Part shown: positions 63,123-64,000 of the stretch, in pieces
Layout of the letters: every line of letters begins with the position of its first letter
How positions within the stretch are numbered: position 1 is the first letter of the stretch
DNA from: the human T2T-CHM13v2.0 reference genome, Homo sapiens
DNA: 64,000 bases
Assembly (NCBI RefSeq): GCF_009914755.1
Contig: NC_060925.1
Reading direction: 5' to 3' (one strand)
Program-made: the position numbers and the translations under genes
The notes under the pieces: model-generated
The model's database searches: none
Seen by the model: the letters and a program-made list of their open reading frames with translations, nothing else
What the model was told of the DNA's origin: nothing

Positions 63123-64000
63123 AACCAGCCAGGTCTATTCTAACAATTGTAGCTCAGAGTAAAGAATGTGGGCATCTCATCAGCAGACATGATCACTAAA
63201 AAGACAGAGAAAAGATACAATGAGAAAACTATAAGCAAACGCTTGGAAATCCAAAGAACCAAATAGAAGAAAGAAGAAAGATTAAGAAATTTCTAGAAAC
63301 ATCCTACAGTGGTCAGGAAGACTGAGACATTGAGCCTAGGGATAAAAATGGACAGGCAGATTCATATCATGCTTAAAAAGAAACAGCAAATGATTGAGAA
63401 GTTTTTTTTTAAAGTGGAACTATTTCAAAAGTAAGAAATTAGTAAAGGGACAAAGTTGTTAATGCACCATAAACAAGTGATCAAAAGCAGAAAAAAAAAA
63501 ATGAACTGCTGTGGAAATGGACACAGTGTGATCCTATTTTTAGTGGACTACTTGAGTTTTTTAAAAAATTAGGAGGAAGGTAAAAGGTTCAGAAAATAGA
63601 AACAGAAGTGTAAATAATACTATGAAATGGGCCTAGCTGAAACAGCTGACTTTTCAAAAGAATACATTAAATGAAGAATACAGAATGAGATCCTTAAAAA
63701 AAGAAGTCAGGAAAGTATTACATAGAGTAATTGCAAAGGCCTTCTCTCCTTATAACACGGAAATTGATGGATTTGAGAATAAGGATATTAAAAAAGATCT
63801 TTAAGAGTCTACAGGAAATAGAAGAGCTAGGACAAAGCATGGATGTCATGTAGAATATTTTATGACAAACTGCTGACCTGAGCCAATAATTCTTGGGCTG
63901 GGGAAAAAAACTGTTTCTCTAAAGATAGGTGGGTGGGGGTGAGGGTGGGGAGGGAAAATTGTAATGCCTACTTTCTAAATAGATTTCAAAGGAATGCGGG

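Noticed and set aside
63150-63930. Possible ancient L1/HAL1 ORF1 relic on the + strand
   Set aside because: The A-rich texture is suggestive, but I could not anchor a convincing motif.

Overview
AT-rich hominoid (human/great-ape-like) genomic DNA made mostly of interspersed repeats, with no recognisable host protein-coding exon, RNA gene or CpG island. It is intergenic or deep intronic. Main contents: an L1PB1 fragment (1-3335); a near full-length Tigger1 with TA duplications (5484-7834); many MIR, L2, MaLR and MER relics; four Alus; and a THE1 solo LTR with a perfect 5-bp TSD. Two young L1s stand out. The first (37260-40254) is 5'-inverted by twin priming and carries a 34-nt 3' transduction with a second A-tail inside one 13-bp TSD. 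The second is a full-length, disabled L1PA2 (48715-54773, 15-bp TSD), nested with an AluSc in the 3' UTR of an older L1PA15-like element. Weaker leads are an ISRE plus CpG cluster (42234-42340), a perfect 22-bp palindrome (42829-42850) and a speculative DDE-transposase fossil (46860-47190). Subfamily names come from recalled consensus sequences, not from a database search. Boundaries of old repeats are approximate. I did not find a convincing new biological system.
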